Source: a virus (Duplodnaviria > Heunggongvirae > Uroviricota > Caudoviricetes). From it: a DNA stretch of 64,000 nt. The position numbers and the translations under genes were made by a program. Location of the stretch: positions 28,913-92,912 of IMG/VR virus record IMGVR_UViG_2579778564_000015; one strand, given 5' to 3'. The notes under the pieces were generated by a model, which saw only the letters and a list, made by a program, of their open reading frames with translations, searched no databases and had not been told where the DNA came from. Each line of letters starts with the position of its first letter. The stretch's first letter is position 1. Shown here piece after piece: positions 9,220 to 19,075 of this stretch.

Positions 9220-9445
9220 CTATTCGTTCATTCATAGTGTATGGCGTGGTATCAGGCTGCCACGCGTCGTTACAAACGTTATCCATATGCTTCTGAATCC
9301 AGTCGGTTAGTTTCAGTCCTTCTGCTTGTGCTTGCCGGACATACCGGTTTTTGCGATCGGGGGTAACGCGCATCTGTATCTGGGCCGTCGTCGGTACGGC
9401 CTCTTTGAGAGGATTCAGACTGCGAGGATCGCGTTTCCCTTTCAT
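9200..9445 (-). CDS. putative ribbon-helix-helix DNA-binding protein
   Basis: beta-strand/helix/G-x-T turn pattern (QIQMRVTPDRKNRYVRQAQAEGLKLTDW). Confidence 0.4.
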   Translation of the reverse strand: MKGKRDPRSLNPLKEAVPTTAQIQMRVTPDRKNRYVRQAQAEGLKLTDWIQKHMDNVCNDAWQPDTTPYTMNERIDEKNKI

Positions 9446-9576
9446 TTTCCTTCCTTATCTCCAGTTTTAGCGCCATGTGAGCGATACAAACAAATTATTT
9501 ATGTTTAGAATCTCACGTTATCAGAAAGCCTTTTCAGGGTATTCTGTGAGGATAACACTCTCGGAAAGGGATATTT

Positions 9577-10149
9577 ATGCCTAACTGCATTCCATTGGAC
9601 CCTAAACTACCTGCCAATTTTGACATTACACCAAACGACAAGCGCTCTAAGAGCCAGCTAGACGCCTGGTGGGACCATCCGTATGGGCTTACTCAACCGG
9701 ACGGAAAAATTATGGTGCGTTGTCTTAATGGCGGATCATGGGATCGCTCTTCTTTCCTGGGTGTAGCTGATACGTATGATGAAGCCTGTGAACTGGCAGA
9801 AAAGAAACAAGCTGAATGGGTAAAAAAACGCGCTGAACCGACATTCCTGTACTCGACAGAACCGCCGTTTGTCCTCATTAGACAGCCACAGCGACCAGAC
9901 CACCAGCCGGTTATTGTGGGTGAGTTCGCCACTATGGAAGAAATGAATATGTTCTCGTTGACGCAGGAAAAAAACGAGGTTGTAGAGGTTGTACCTACCC
10001 TCAATCATAATCACATGAACCTGCCTCAACTGGCCTGGTATAGCAATGCGCTTGAGATGTCTATCTCGAAGCTGGGGAACGAAGCAAACGCATTAAGCGA
10101 ACTTCGGGAATTCGTGATTAAACGCATCCGCGAAGTGCAGAACGGATAA
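9577..10149 (+). CDS. hypothetical protein
   Basis: 190-aa ORF, GAAAGGGA RBS. Confidence 0.5.
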   Translation: MPNCIPLDPKLPANFDITPNDKRSKSQLDAWWDHPYGLTQPDGKIMVRCLNGGSWDRSSFLGVADTYDEACELAEKKQAEWVKKRAEPTFLYSTEPPFVLIRQPQRPDHQPVIVGEFATMEEMNMFSLTQEKNEVVEVVPTLNHNHMNLPQLAWYSNALEMSISKLGNEANALSELREFVIKRIREVQNG

Positions 10150-10164
10150 AAGAGAATACTGAGA

Positions 10165-10722
10165 ATGGCTAAAATTCAATATCACCGTGACTGGGGTAAT
10201 TACCTGGAAGTCTATGATCACGATTCAGTCGCAGAAATGAACGATCAGTTGTATCAGCACTGCATAGATACAATGGGTGCTAACTCCCCGGATATCGTCG
10301 TTGAGTATCCGGTATATCTCCGTGATATTTATTCGGTACAGGAACCAGGCAAGTTAACACGTATCGGCTACGTGAGATTGGTTTATGAGGATGACGCTGA
10401 TGGCTATGTGGCCCACCATTACACGCTCGATAAGAAGGAGCTGCCTAACGAATGGAGTGCTGCAAGTTTTTATGGTGGAGAGTACGGTTTTAAAACTGAG
10501 GGAAAAGGAATGAAAATTACCGCAGATCAGTTCGTAACGCGTAGTGGCCGTAGAGTTCTGACCGATGATGGCCAGCAAGGTATGGGTGGGGAGCATGGAA
10601 TAGGGTCCACCACTGAGAGAAAACAGGGGCAGGTAGCAGCGGCGATTTATGCAAACTGCGCCGAATTAGACAACAATCAGATTGATGAAATAATAGAGTG
10701 GGTTCGCCTGTTCAAGTGCTGA
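10165..10722 (+). CDS. hypothetical protein
   Basis: 185-aa ORF, 15 nt after upstream gene. Confidence 0.5.
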   Translation: MAKIQYHRDWGNYLEVYDHDSVAEMNDQLYQHCIDTMGANSPDIVVEYPVYLRDIYSVQEPGKLTRIGYVRLVYEDDADGYVAHHYTLDKKELPNEWSAASFYGGEYGFKTEGKGMKITADQFVTRSGRRVLTDDGQQGMGGEHGIGSTTERKQGQVAAAIYANCAELDNNQIDEIIEWVRLFKC

Positions 10723-10762
10723 CCTGTTATAACTCCGACCTCTGCAGCCCCCTCCATAAGCA

Positions 10763-10791
10763 AACAAGCGCCACGAAGAGCGCTTGTTTTA
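10763..10791 (+). terminator. rho-independent terminator
   Basis: CAAGCGC-cacgaag-GCGCTTG then TTTTA. Confidence 0.6.
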
Positions 10792-10869
10792 TCTTGCCGC
10801 ATAAGATAGCTATGTGCTGAATGGCATACGAACGTATAATCTTCACATGAGGTATGTTAAAAGCTATCG

Positions 10870-10905
10870 CATCATTGGAGCTTGAAGCATCATTGGAGCT
10901 TGAAG
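10870..10905. repeat. tandem 18-bp duplication (catcattggagcttgaag x2)
   Basis: exact tandem copies. Confidence 0.7.
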
Positions 10906-11174
10906 TTGTCGATATCATCTACAAATTCCAGATACCCATCTTCAACGCTTTTTAAAACAAGTAAATGCTTAATTCCCTCACTTAATGAGGTTGGCCTTTC
11001 AAGCACAAACTCGAACCCATCCTCGTAAATTTTACCTAACCAATAACCACCGCCATATTCTTTAAGCCTTTGAAAGAAAACATATCCTCCAGGCTTGAAA
11101 TAATTGAGTGTCTCGTCTCTATAAACGATTTGGTAGTTAGGTACTTTGCCACCCATTTTAGCCACCATAAGCAC
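10890..11174 (-). CDS. hypothetical protein
   Basis: 94-aa ORF. Confidence 0.4.
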   Translation of the reverse strand: MLMVAKMGGKVPNYQIVYRDETLNYFKPGGYVFFQRLKEYGGGYWLGKIYEDGFEFVLERPTSLSEGIKHLLVLKSVEDGYLEFVDDIDNFKLQ

Positions 11175-11286
11175 TGTGTTTTTATACAGTATAAATTAAA
11201 GCAAATGTTGGTCAATTTTGAAGGGTTAGATAATAACTTAACTCTGAAAACAAATTGTTTACAGCTTCTGCTATAGTTCAGTTTGA

Positions 11287-11472
11287 TCAATAATCGCGAA
11301 TGCTTTCGAACTGTCTTAACTCCTTATCAATCAGTCGCTTACTCTGCTGACGAGCTCGATGTTTACAGGTTCTCAATTCAGCATCATATCCGTTTCCTTT
11401 TCTGTAGCCTCGTGAGCGACACAACGAACAGGTGCAACCATCAACCGAATAGAATTTCCCAAATGGTTGCAT
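11287..11472 (-). CDS. small Cys-rich hypothetical protein
   Basis: start at M26 of track ORF, overlapping upstream stop. Confidence 0.35.
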   Translation of the reverse strand: MQPFGKFYSVDGCTCSLCRSRGYRKGNGYDAELRTCKHRARQQSKRLIDKELRQFESIRDY

Positions 11473-11828
11473 TACTTTTCCTCCTGCGGCGGCTCTGGTA
11501 GCGGCATCCAGTGTGATGGTTTCCACGACGCCCCAGGAATTAGCCACCCATCATTAGTGTCAGGATGCCACGGGATGTAAGTCGCCCATTTCATTCGCCA
11601 GTCACCTTTCCTGCCAAACTCTCTGGCAACAAGAACGCCAGTTTTGCTATCCGGCATTCGCTCACTACAGCTTATCCAACCATCCTGAGTTACCGGAGAG
11701 TTGCCAGCCTGAATTATCGCTGCGCGAACTGTGCGTGCAATTCGTTCACGTAACTGCTGTGTGCCGTGATACTCAATAGCAATATCACGCAGCTCGTTAA
11801 CCAGTTCTCGGATTTGATTCTCTTTCAC
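11472..11828 (-). CDS. DUF551-like phage protein
   Basis: C-terminal HWMPLPEPP motif typical of DUF551 (memory). Confidence 0.45.
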   Translation of the reverse strand: MKENQIRELVNELRDIAIEYHGTQQLRERIARTVRAAIIQAGNSPVTQDGWISCSERMPDSKTGVLVAREFGRKGDWRMKWATYIPWHPDTNDGWLIPGASWKPSHWMPLPEPPQEEK

Positions 11829-12718
11829 GATTTACCTCCGTTGAGCATGGCAGCGCGACAAGCGTTCCAGCCCTCATCAAACCATGCCTCAACATCATCA
11901 CCGTTCGACGAGTCCGCAGGGCGCTCAGGAGGAACATTCAGCGCTGAATTTCCACACAACGAGGCGCGTGCCTGCCATGCCAACCAGGCAGCATTTTTGG
12001 CACCAACCCCAGCGATTGGTAAGTTGTCCTCGTTATTCCATGCGTTGAAAGCTGCTCGTTCATCCGGCACTACCGGCGCAGGCTGCTCTTTGAATTCGTC
12101 GGCATAACGAATAACCCGGTCAATGAGACGCTGTATCCAGCGCTCTATCTGGAAATTAAACTCTTCCTTTGATTCAGGTAACGCAACACCAACAACACCC
12201 AACGCCTTGTCCAGATTTTTAGGGATAAATTCTTTGTCTACCGGCACAGGCTGGGCGTGACGATAGAGCGGGATATCTCCCACCTCCTGGTTTTGTTTAC
12301 CCCAAATCAAAGAGGTTTCTCGGCCACTGGCAATGTGACGAAGATTTCGTTCGTCGGTGAACACAACGGGGTCGGCATAAGACCATTCAGCATGTTCATG
12401 GCGAATACGTTCGCGTTCTGACGCTGGCTGGGCGGTTCTGAATCCCGCTTGAATCAATGCCATTGTTACTGCATGAATATCGGCCATCATTAGTTTATGG
12501 CCGAGAAGATTGCCGCCGAGTTTACGGACGATGATGTCCTTCATCATGTCGCGCTGCACTTGGTTGTACGCTACAGGCTCATCATTAAGCGCTGCCAGTG
12601 CGATACGCGCCAGTTCGCGCAGGTTTTCGCTATACGGTGACGTGTTATCACGACTGATTACGTGGTTAGCCGTATCAATTAAAATCTGTTTTTGCTGTTC
12701 TCTGGTAATAGTGGTCAT
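11825..12718 (-). CDS. hypothetical protein
   Basis: 297-aa ORF, 4-nt overlap with next. Confidence 0.5.
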   Translation of the reverse strand: MTTITREQQKQILIDTANHVISRDNTSPYSENLRELARIALAALNDEPVAYNQVQRDMMKDIIVRKLGGNLLGHKLMMADIHAVTMALIQAGFRTAQPASERERIRHEHAEWSYADPVVFTDERNLRHIASGRETSLIWGKQNQEVGDIPLYRHAQPVPVDKEFIPKNLDKALGVVGVALPESKEEFNFQIERWIQRLIDRVIRYADEFKEQPAPVVPDERAAFNAWNNEDNLPIAGVGAKNAAWLAWQARASLCGNSALNVPPERPADSSNGDDVEAWFDEGWNACRAAMLNGGKS

Positions 12719-12727
12719 TGATAGCCT

Positions 12728-12916
12728 CTACTTATATTTTGGGGTTCGGTCACACATAAGGAATCCGGTCACGTATGAGTAAGCACAATCCCACTTATCC
12801 CCCTTCGTGATATCAACTCCTTCACTTAATCCACGGTTATAGCCAGCACTCTCACCGATGCAAATGCCACCAAAACCAAAAACAAGAGCGATAACAATGA
12901 TGTAAAGTTGTCTCAT
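12728..12916 (-). CDS. small membrane protein
   Basis: N-terminal hydrophobic helix, 62 aa. Confidence 0.35.
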   Translation of the reverse strand: MRQLYIIVIALVFGFGGICIGESAGYNRGLSEGVDITKGDKWDCAYSYVTGFLMCDRTPKYK

Positions 12917-13860
12917 GCCTTCTCCTGCTGACTAATAGCTTCGTGTTCTCTGCTGCTTTCCAACGTTGATGCAGCAAGACAGGCCTCTTTAAGCACCCAG
13001 TCAATAGCGTCTTTCCATGCACCAGTTTCGACAGGAGGGTTCTCACGCTTAACTTGCTCATAGAAATGCACAGCTCTAATCAGTCCATCAGGTAGCAGTG
13101 ACGCTGGCGTGGTGTTATATGCAGACATGCACTGCGTAAACCCGGATTGGTCATCTGTCTGCCCATAGCTGAACCCGGCTTTCAGGCCGTCACGGAATGC
13201 GCCATCCTGCAACCTGTCGGTAGTTTCAAGCTTCGCCTCCAGTTCTTGAATACGCTGGCGGAACTGGATAACGTCATCGGTCTGGTTGCGCCATAACTCG
13301 CACACCAACTCAATTTCATCTATCGCATTCTCGAAGCTAAACCAGTTGCTCCATTCTGGCGCCTGGCCCATAACGGCTTTGTAGGCATCGTTCAGGGCAG
13401 ATTCAGCACTATCACGCTCATTGATAAGCTGCGTCTCGCTGCGTTCGAGTTCTGCTATGCGCAGCCGTAACATATCGACCATTCCTGATGCGTTTTCGGC
13501 CCATGTAACCCATGTTGCTTTTTGGTCTGTCAGTTCTGCAATGCGCTTCTCTGCGGCTTCCAACTTCTTGTAGAGAGCATCCCAGCTTGTCGAGTTATCC
13601 ATAACCAGCTTTGTAACTCGCTCTTCGCGTGATTTGTAATACTCCAGTTCATCCAGCAGCGCCGTAATTATCTGTGCGGCGTGGCCACACTCATCAACGA
13701 TAGAAACTGTTGTGCCGGTTTCAACGCCATCAACTTCAAACCGCAAATCGATATCGTCAGAATCAATATCACTCGCTTCAAATTGAGAGATGTATCCCAT
13801 AGTGAATACAGATGCTTTTGCTTTGCTGACGAGCAGCTCCTGTTTGTCGATGTTGCTCAT
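12913..13860 (-). CDS. coiled-coil hypothetical protein
   Basis: start at M65 (MSNIDK..), ATGA coupling with upstream gene. Confidence 0.5.
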   Translation of the reverse strand: MSNIDKQELLVSKAKASVFTMGYISQFEASDIDSDDIDLRFEVDGVETGTTVSIVDECGHAAQIITALLDELEYYKSREERVTKLVMDNSTSWDALYKKLEAAEKRIAELTDQKATWVTWAENASGMVDMLRLRIAELERSETQLINERDSAESALNDAYKAVMGQAPEWSNWFSFENAIDEIELVCELWRNQTDDVIQFRQRIQELEAKLETTDRLQDGAFRDGLKAGFSYGQTDDQSGFTQCMSAYNTTPASLLPDGLIRAVHFYEQVKRENPPVETGAWKDAIDWVLKEACLAASTLESSREHEAISQQEKA

Positions 13861-14285
13861 TGGGCTGTCTCCGGTGGATAACAAATATCGTCGAAATATT
13901 TTTCTGCGACGCACATGTTGAAGTGATCGAGATTCATCTCCTCCACTTGGAGTTTTGCCCCAACAATGCCTGTGCATCGATTGACGTAATCCCGGTTTTC
14001 TGGGGATTCCGCTACCCACTCCATAAGGTCTTCGGTGACACTTTTTAAGCAACGTAAGGCGCAGTCCAAATCAGTAAAATGCTGAGAATCAGTGATGCAG
14101 GATACGACATAATACGTGGTGACTTTTGGCCCATCAGCGCGTCGTTTAAGCTCTCTTTCGATAGCGTTTTTCAGATCAACCAGTTCATGGTCATTGATTT
14201 TGTCGATATTGATCATTGGGCTGCTCCTTCTGCTTTTTTGTCGAGTGCTGTCATGCTGCACGCTCCATTTCTGCCATGCCGTCAC
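13857..14285 (-). CDS. hypothetical protein
   Basis: ORF; alternative start at M24 (MINIDK, 14216). Confidence 0.45.
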   Translation of the reverse strand: MTAWQKWSVQHDSTRQKSRRSSPMINIDKINDHELVDLKNAIERELKRRADGPKVTTYYVVSCITDSQHFTDLDCALRCLKSVTEDLMEWVAESPENRDYVNRCTGIVGAKLQVEEMNLDHFNMCVAEKYFDDICYPPETAQ

Positions 14286-14793
14286 GAACCGCGTTAATAA
14301 CGCGATCTAGATATTGATATTCAGGGTTTAGTACTGTGGGCCAGCCCGCGTACCACGAATCGTCACCAAACAGGTTTAAAAGCTTGTCACCGACCAGAAA
14401 ATCACAGCAGTTAGCTTTCACATTCTCTGCATCATTAGCCTCGGTCCACATTTCACGGGCTTCCCCTCTATCAATTTCACGTTCGCGGCGAAGCTTTATG
14501 ATTTGCGACTTAACAAAGATGAGATTTGCCTCATTGTCAGCATCAACGGTACTTTCAAGTCGTGGAGCTAAACAGCCGATCAGATAGTCATTGCTGACGC
14601 GTTTAATGAACTCCTGAACCGTATCGCCGCCCATCGAACCCCAGGAGCCATTCCATGACCGGCCAAAGCAGGTAATAGTGAGCAGACCTTTACCCGGCTC
14701 AATGTTTTCAATCATCACGCGAACAGGGTCGAGGCGTTCAGCGCCTGTTATGATGAAGGACAAAACGTTAATCTTTTCTACAGTTATGCTCAT
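14251..14793 (-). CDS. hypothetical protein
   Basis: 180-aa ORF. Confidence 0.5.
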   Translation of the reverse strand: MSITVEKINVLSFIITGAERLDPVRVMIENIEPGKGLLTITCFGRSWNGSWGSMGGDTVQEFIKRVSNDYLIGCLAPRLESTVDADNEANLIFVKSQIIKLRREREIDRGEAREMWTEANDAENVKANCCDFLVGDKLLNLFGDDSWYAGWPTVLNPEYQYLDRVINAVRDGMAEMERAA

Positions 14794-15200
14794 ACTGTCT
14801 TCTCTATGTTTGAGGCAACTGCCACTTTTAAAGCTTCGTAAAAACTCGTCTTCAGATTGTTGAATTGCGAGGCGTTAATAGGACCGTTCGCTACCAGTGA
14901 ATTATGTAGCGACCAAGCAGCTTCATTTATTTCCTGAGACCCCAATTCAGGCAAAACAGGGAACTCGCTCTTACTTTCCAACTCATCAATACGTCTACGA
15001 AGCCTCTCTATTTCAGCAGCCATGTAGTAACCGGCCATAGAAAAAACAGCAAATTGATCATTCTTTTCATCCGGATTTACGTCTACAACAAGCAAGCCAT
15101 CATAAAAATTATTACTGCCATTGGTGATCGCCACCGCATATGAGTCGCTGTTTTGGCGCTTGTGAACAATCACTACAGGGTTCTCGATCTTGTTACTCAT
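14790..15200 (-). CDS. hypothetical protein
   Basis: 136-aa ORF, 4-nt overlap. Confidence 0.5.
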   Translation of the reverse strand: MSNKIENPVVIVHKRQNSDSYAVAITNGSNNFYDGLLVVDVNPDEKNDQFAVFSMAGYYMAAEIERLRRRIDELESKSEFPVLPELGSQEINEAAWSLHNSLVANGPINASQFNNLKTSFYEALKVAVASNIEKTV

Positions 15201-15489
15201 ATTTTTTCTCTTTCTTTGCTTTCATATAAGCACCGTGAAGTGCTCGTTTAATTTGTTCACCCTTTAGAATATTCAGCTTTCTGTCATAAAAAATCGCTTC
15301 ACCAGTTTTAGACTCGTGACATGAGATCACCGAAAAGCCATACTTTTCCAAAGACTCTCTGGCGCTTCTCTCAATACATGCCGCATAGTCATGCCCCCAG
15401 ACAGGACTGTTTCGACCTTCGAAACGCTCATGTTTGTAGTGATCGCGCAGGAAACGATAGTGGTTATCTTTATCTGTCATGTTCAGCAT
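15193..15489 (-). CDS. hypothetical protein
   Basis: 98-aa ORF; motif A-like element upstream. Confidence 0.45.
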   Translation of the reverse strand: MLNMTDKDNHYRFLRDHYKHERFEGRNSPVWGHDYAACIERSARESLEKYGFSVISCHESKTGEAIFYDRKLNILKGEQIKRALHGAYMKAKKEKKYE

Positions 15490-15518
15490 CCATCTGTTTC
15501 AAACGCTGTTATTTTCAC

Positions 15519-15554
15519 AGTTTAGAAAAGGTAGAAAACAATTTGTTTAAGGCA
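15519..15554 (-). promoter_or_regulatory. motif A variant copy
   Basis: cagtttagaaaaggtagaaaacaatttgtttaaggc. Confidence 0.35.
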
Positions 15555-15572
15555 ATAATAGAGACCTTTATT

Positions 15573-15944
15573 TCATTCGCTAAGAAGAGAATTTAGAATG
15601 CCCCTCATTTCTCGCTCTTTTTCTTTGGCTACTCGCGCTATCTCCGCTGTTACCACACGCTGCAATCTGTCCATCGTTCGGAACGATGGGCGACGCATGA
15701 GATTTCCATCAATTGCTTCATCATTAAATCCAACGAGATAACCGAAGTGACTGAAGCCAGCCCCAACGAAAATCTCGTAAAGCTGTGCCTCATATTCAAA
15801 AAGCGCGATCCCAGACTTCAATTCAAGCAGCGTTCCGTTATCCAGTAATTTGTTTAGCGCCTTATCCCAAGCAGGGCAGTAGCGAAAGCCAAAGCCTACA
15901 AATAGAAGAGTGAAATAAAGCGAAATAGCATTTCCCAATTTCAT
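15573..15944 (-). CDS. hypothetical protein (hydrophobic N-terminus)
   Basis: 123-aa ORF. Confidence 0.4.
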   Translation of the reverse strand: MKLGNAISLYFTLLFVGFGFRYCPAWDKALNKLLDNGTLLELKSGIALFEYEAQLYEIFVGAGFSHFGYLVGFNDEAIDGNLMRRPSFRTMDRLQRVVTAEIARVAKEKEREMRGILNSLLSE

Positions 15945-15946
15945 AA

Positions 15947-16231
15947 TTACTCTTCCTCACTCATTGCTCTTTTCGCCTGGACTTCCTTAGCGAGTCCGTA
16001 AGTAATTCTGTATGGCACAATCATCATCGCCCAGCCTTTCTCATAGCCATTGATCACCTGCTTGATATGATCATCAGTTATTGGAGTATCAGGCAGCGCT
16101 TTGAATGTTGTGATCTGACGCTGTATCTCCAAAAAGAACTGCGCCAGCTCCATCTGTTCACCTCGTGTCAAAGGATTGTCCAGCGGACTTAGAACGAACT
16201 GCGCGACGCGCTCAATGCTTAAATTACTCAT
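15947..16231 (-). CDS. hypothetical protein
   Basis: 94-aa ORF. Confidence 0.45.
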   Translation of the reverse strand: MSNLSIERVAQFVLSPLDNPLTRGEQMELAQFFLEIQRQITTFKALPDTPITDDHIKQVINGYEKGWAMMIVPYRITYGLAKEVQAKRAMSEEE

Positions 16232-16917
16232 ATCGAAGCCCCTTTAATTTTTTCTTCCAATTCGTGCACATATTGCACAAGAGAGCCGCCAGGAGGGATC
16301 TGACATTCTTCTACTAACTGGAAGTAGATGTCGGCGGCAGAACGAGTGATTGAGTCTTTATTCAACTGTTCTTCACGTAGTGCATCACGTTCATTAATCA
16401 AGCGAACGCACTCGCCGTTACGCTGTTCCACAACGGCCTCAAGTTCAGCGATGCGTTCGCCTGGCGTCTTACCTTCTTTGCGTTGGATGGTGACGGTAAA
16501 CTCTCCCAACTTAGGAACGTTGTATGTCAGCTCAAGATAGTTTTTGGCACCGTGTCGAACAAATTCTCCGGCGAACATTGTTGCGAACATGGCAGATGCA
16601 AGCTCTCCTTTGAAAAGAGACTCCAGATCTAACGGGGTGCCTTTCTCCAAAGCCTTATGTGCCACTTCCACAACTTCCATAAAGCGATCATATTCTGTGG
16701 CGCTTTTCTCATGCTTTTTCCATTGCTGGCTCCAGCGCTTTGCAATGTGCTCGACAAATATCTGAGCCGCTTTATCAAAATTTCCGGAAAATGTTACCTC
16801 ACCTTTATTGACGACAATCTTGCCAGCAGGTTCATCTGAATTCCCATTGAGTTCAAGGTTGAATGGGAAGTCGGCGATGCTTACAGCTCGCATCATGGAT
16901 GTTATTTTTTCGCTCAT
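16228..16917 (-). CDS. hypothetical protein
   Basis: 229-aa ORF; motif B upstream. Confidence 0.5.
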   Translation of the reverse strand: MSEKITSMMRAVSIADFPFNLELNGNSDEPAGKIVVNKGEVTFSGNFDKAAQIFVEHIAKRWSQQWKKHEKSATEYDRFMEVVEVAHKALEKGTPLDLESLFKGELASAMFATMFAGEFVRHGAKNYLELTYNVPKLGEFTVTIQRKEGKTPGERIAELEAVVEQRNGECVRLINERDALREEQLNKDSITRSAADIYFQLVEECQIPPGGSLVQYVHELEEKIKGASI

Positions 16918-16955
16918 GTTTCACCTCAACTGGATTTCTATTTTCACATAAATTA

Positions 16956-16977
16956 GGTAAGTAATTACTTATCATTT
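16956..16977 (-). promoter_or_regulatory. upstream motif B copy
   Basis: ggtaagtaattacttatcattt. Confidence 0.4.
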
Positions 16978-18657
16978 AACTCGTTTGAAAACATACACAC
17001 TGACAGTGATTCCTGTGTCTTCAAATTCATCTCTAAAAGATTTCCCTTTTGCGTAAACGTAATTGTCCAGCGTCAACCAATTCAGAACTGGAGCGTCGCC
17101 AGGCAACACAGCCACAAGTCGCCCACCAACTTTCAGATGTCCAAGCGCGGCCATTGTATGCTCTTTGTGTCGACCGAGAGAATAGGGTGGGTTCATTACG
17201 ATCTTATCGAACATATAACCAGCGTTATCATCAGACCACTTCATAAAGTCGCAGCAGACCGTGTTTACATACCCTTTACCACGAAGAATTTCAGCAAAGA
17301 GAGGTGCTACTTCAATACAGGTAACATCCTCCTGCCTGGTCTCTACATAAGCCAGTAGATCTCCGCGCCCGGCTTCAGGTTCAAGAAGCGTCTCCCCAGA
17401 TTGCAGTTCAATAGCTCTGGCTACGTACTCCGCAATTATCCGCGGGGTAGGGTAGAACTGGTGTGATTTTCCGTCCGGAATTAACCCTGTGGCCACAATT
17501 GTATTGAGCGTATGTCCAAGCTCATACGGAAAACGCCAATGCTTATTTTCCTGCACGCCGCCAATAAAGGTCAGTGTACGCTCCAGCTCATCCGACTGGG
17601 TTTTCTGTAGCTTGGAATCGAAAAAGTACCAGACGCCCTTATCTTTACTGAATCGACCGTCACGAAGAGCGGTACGAACAGATTGGGAGATCGTCTTCTG
17701 GATTAACCCAAACTCTTTTGGTGCTCGTGTTTTTGGTGCAGTACGGTATGGCGCCGGTATTGCTGCAGGCATACTGTATGCCAGTACTTCATTCAGCTTC
17801 CAGGCCACGTCAGGATGTATCTCGAAGTGAACGTTACCATTCTTAAACATCTTCACGCGCATCAGATTTCCGTCGACATTCATCCAGTCACCTGTCTGGC
17901 AGTCGTTCGCCCGGTACGCAGCTGATAGCATCTCCGTTGTGCGGTTGATGGTGATAAACTCTTTGTGCGCGAAGAAATGAAGCATGACGCGCAGATCGTC
18001 GATGTAGTCCTCTTTGTGGTAGTTCACGCTGACACTGTCCCGCCAGAATTCAGATATGCAGTTTGCAATGATCAGACGCTCACTAAATCCATTCGTTTTG
18101 TTAGTTTTGTGTGCTGGGCTTAGCGCCTTGAACAAGCCGTACACTCGCTCGGAAAGATATTTATGTCTGTCATTCAGCAGATTGAGCATTGTTGGAATGA
18201 CCGTCTCAGCCTTGAACTCAGGCACGCCGACGAACTCTTTCACTCTCATCTGATAGCCAGTTCTGTCTGTTTTTGTTGTTTCCTGCTTCCCTTCGATAAA
18301 CTGTTCGCGCCATTCATCCCGACGAGCAGCAGGCATTATCAGCAAAACATTCGTCATATCCGTGACCTTCTTCCAGTACTCGGCCCAGATATTCTGTTTC
18401 ACCCATTCCAGGTCGACCTTATCGATACAGGGTCTGTTAAAGCGAGTAAGCTCATCATCCGGACGGTGATTCAATCGCAGTAATCGATTGATCATGTTAT
18501 GTCGTTCGTCACCATAAACGAAGTCGTGGACTTGGTTCATAAATACGATCTCTTTCTCGCATTCAGCTACGATTTCGTGAATAACCCCCATTTCATGCCT
18601 GAATTCGATATGAGCGTTTGTACTGGAAGTGTCAACGATTGAAAGATCTGTATTCAT
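16972..18657 (-). CDS. DNA N6-adenine methyltransferase with large N-terminal domain of unknown function
   Basis: C-terminal FYPTP...LEPEAGRGD...NPPYS motifs; ATG at 18657 (track TTG start lies in motif A). Confidence 0.6.
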   Translation of the reverse strand: MNTDLSIVDTSSTNAHIEFRHEMGVIHEIVAECEKEIVFMNQVHDFVYGDERHNMINRLLRLNHRPDDELTRFNRPCIDKVDLEWVKQNIWAEYWKKVTDMTNVLLIMPAARRDEWREQFIEGKQETTKTDRTGYQMRVKEFVGVPEFKAETVIPTMLNLLNDRHKYLSERVYGLFKALSPAHKTNKTNGFSERLIIANCISEFWRDSVSVNYHKEDYIDDLRVMLHFFAHKEFITINRTTEMLSAAYRANDCQTGDWMNVDGNLMRVKMFKNGNVHFEIHPDVAWKLNEVLAYSMPAAIPAPYRTAPKTRAPKEFGLIQKTISQSVRTALRDGRFSKDKGVWYFFDSKLQKTQSDELERTLTFIGGVQENKHWRFPYELGHTLNTIVATGLIPDGKSHQFYPTPRIIAEYVARAIELQSGETLLEPEAGRGDLLAYVETRQEDVTCIEVAPLFAEILRGKGYVNTVCCDFMKWSDDNAGYMFDKIVMNPPYSLGRHKEHTMAALGHLKVGGRLVAVLPGDAPVLNWLTLDNYVYAKGKSFRDEFEDTGITVSVYVFKRVK

Positions 18658-18667
18658 GATTTCACCA

Positions 18668-18703
18668 CTAAACAAATTGTTTTCTTATTGGTGTTATTAT
18701 TTC
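18668..18703 (-). promoter_or_regulatory. upstream motif A copy
   Basis: ctaaacaaattgttttcttattggtgttattatttc. Confidence 0.45.
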
Positions 18704-18740
18704 AAAATCGTTAAGGCAAACAGTTTTTAATAGAGGGAAT

Positions 18741-18758
18741 AAGCCGCTTTCGCGGCTT
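18741..18758 (-). terminator. terminator-like hairpin
   Basis: AAGCCGC-tttc-GCGGCTT. Confidence 0.35.
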
Positions 18759-18761
18759 ATA

Positions 18762-19049
18762 TTAACTAAGGCTATTTAAGTATTCCCGAGGGTCATCAAA
18801 GTGCTCGTTACACCAATCAACCCATCGATCTTCTAATTCCATTTCGACCAATTCATCTTCGGTTAAGCTCTCATCCCACATCTGTAGTCCATTGGCGTTG
18901 CAATAGTCTGGCTTTATTTTGTTTTCGAACTGAAAGCAATCATAAGCTGCGAGAGCATCCATAAACTTCACCCCTTCCTCTACATTCGATACTTCAATAT
19001 AAAAAGGCTCCATTGGGACTTGAGGTATATGCCAAACACGTAATTTCAT
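18762..19049 (-). CDS. hypothetical acidic protein
   Basis: 95-aa ORF. Confidence 0.5.
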   Translation of the reverse strand: MKLRVWHIPQVPMEPFYIEVSNVEEGVKFMDALAAYDCFQFENKIKPDYCNANGLQMWDESLTEDELVEMELEDRWVDWCNEHFDDPREYLNSLS

Positions 19050-19075
19050 AATCTTTCCTGTTATTAATGGCCGAA

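Noticed and set aside
9470-9560. lac-operator-like TGTGAGCGATA(A)CA sequences
   Set aside because: The resemblance to lacO is partial and there is no lacI. Noted only as a local repeated element in the RHH-gene intergenic region.
10727-10918. ORF 10727..10918 (SSSNDA repeats)
   Set aside because: It is generated by the 18-bp tandem duplication, so it is likely an artefactual frame.
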